Positions 63,721 through 64,000 of a stretch of DNA of 64,000 bases are shown here, one piece after another. The notes below the pieces were generated by a model that saw nothing but the letters and a program-made list of their open reading frames with translations, did no database searches and was not told where the DNA came from. Position 1 is the stretch's first letter, and each line of letters begins with the position of its first letter. The DNA comes from Nitrospirota bacterium. Its GTDB lineage: Bacteria; Nitrospirota; UBA9217. The stretch is taken from assembly GCA_963845065.1 (NCBI GenBank), contig CAWJQQ010000001.1, positions 544,001-608,000 of the forward strand. The letters run 5' to 3'. Position numbers and translations under genes: made by a program.

Positions 63721-64000
63721 TTACTTCTTTCTTTTCATCGATATGGGTGGAATCGCCTCCGGGGTGAACAGGCTTACACCGTGCTTTTTACATCCGGCGA
63801 TTATTCCCTGCCCCTCGGGCGAGGTCACGAAGGCGACGAAATCCATTGCTTCGCGGTACCGGGCATTCGGAAAACGGTAAGGATTAACGGCGATAACGCT
63901 GTAAAAATTCTTGAGCGCTGGGTCGCCTTGGAGAAGTATCTTTAGATCGAGCTGCTTTTCGTAGTTCAGGTAAGTTCCGATGTCTGTAAGCGTGTAGGCT
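63721..64000 (-). CDS. Second TupA-like substrate-binding protein (partial, runs off window end)
   Basis: AYTLTDIGTY...LQGDPALKNFYSVIAVNP...EAMDFVAFVTSPEGQ. Confidence 0.8.
   Translation of the reverse strand, partial: AYTLTDIGTYLNYEKQLDLKILLQGDPALKNFYSVIAVNPYRFPNARYREAMDFVAFVTSPEGQGIIAGCKKHGVSLFTPEAIPPISMKRKK

Noticed and set aside
1..64000. CRISPR array or cas genes
   Set aside because: No regularly spaced direct repeats seen; TnpB is flanked by IS ends, not by an array

Overview
Accessory, IS- and pseudogene-rich 64 kb region from an anaerobic bacterium. Gene content suggests Nitrospirota or a deltaproteobacterium; this is inference. Intact genes include a MarR-MFS-isochorismatase module, surface lipoproteins (InlB-B/DUF1554, DUF1566, CFI-box-CTERM, GH5), a minimal SufCB (SMS-like) Fe-S system, USP, pncB, archaeal-type MAT, FBP aldolase/phosphatase, asnB, isoaspartyl peptidase, a porin-NRAMP-MgtE-N divalent-metal operon, a B12 radical SAM enzyme and TupA-like proteins. 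Mobile DNA comprises two near-identical IS256 copies, two IS4, a full and a partial IS1380, a tnpB-only IS200/IS605 element plus a remnant, an ORF-less group II intron split by IS256, an RT remnant and a tRNA-Pro 3' att fragment. The most notable signals missed by the ORF track are: (1) a tandemly duplicated 39-codon leader ORF with a start-codon-sequestering helix upstream of the metal uptake operon; (2) an ArsM-like methyltransferase with two in-frame UGA codons, each followed by a SECIS-like hairpin; (3) the ORF-less intron with matching EBS/IBS; (4) a ~170-nt rod-like putative ncRNA; (5) a dispersed non-coding repeat, one copy split by IS256. No CRISPR array or complete DGR was seen. All family calls come from motif recognition, not database searches.
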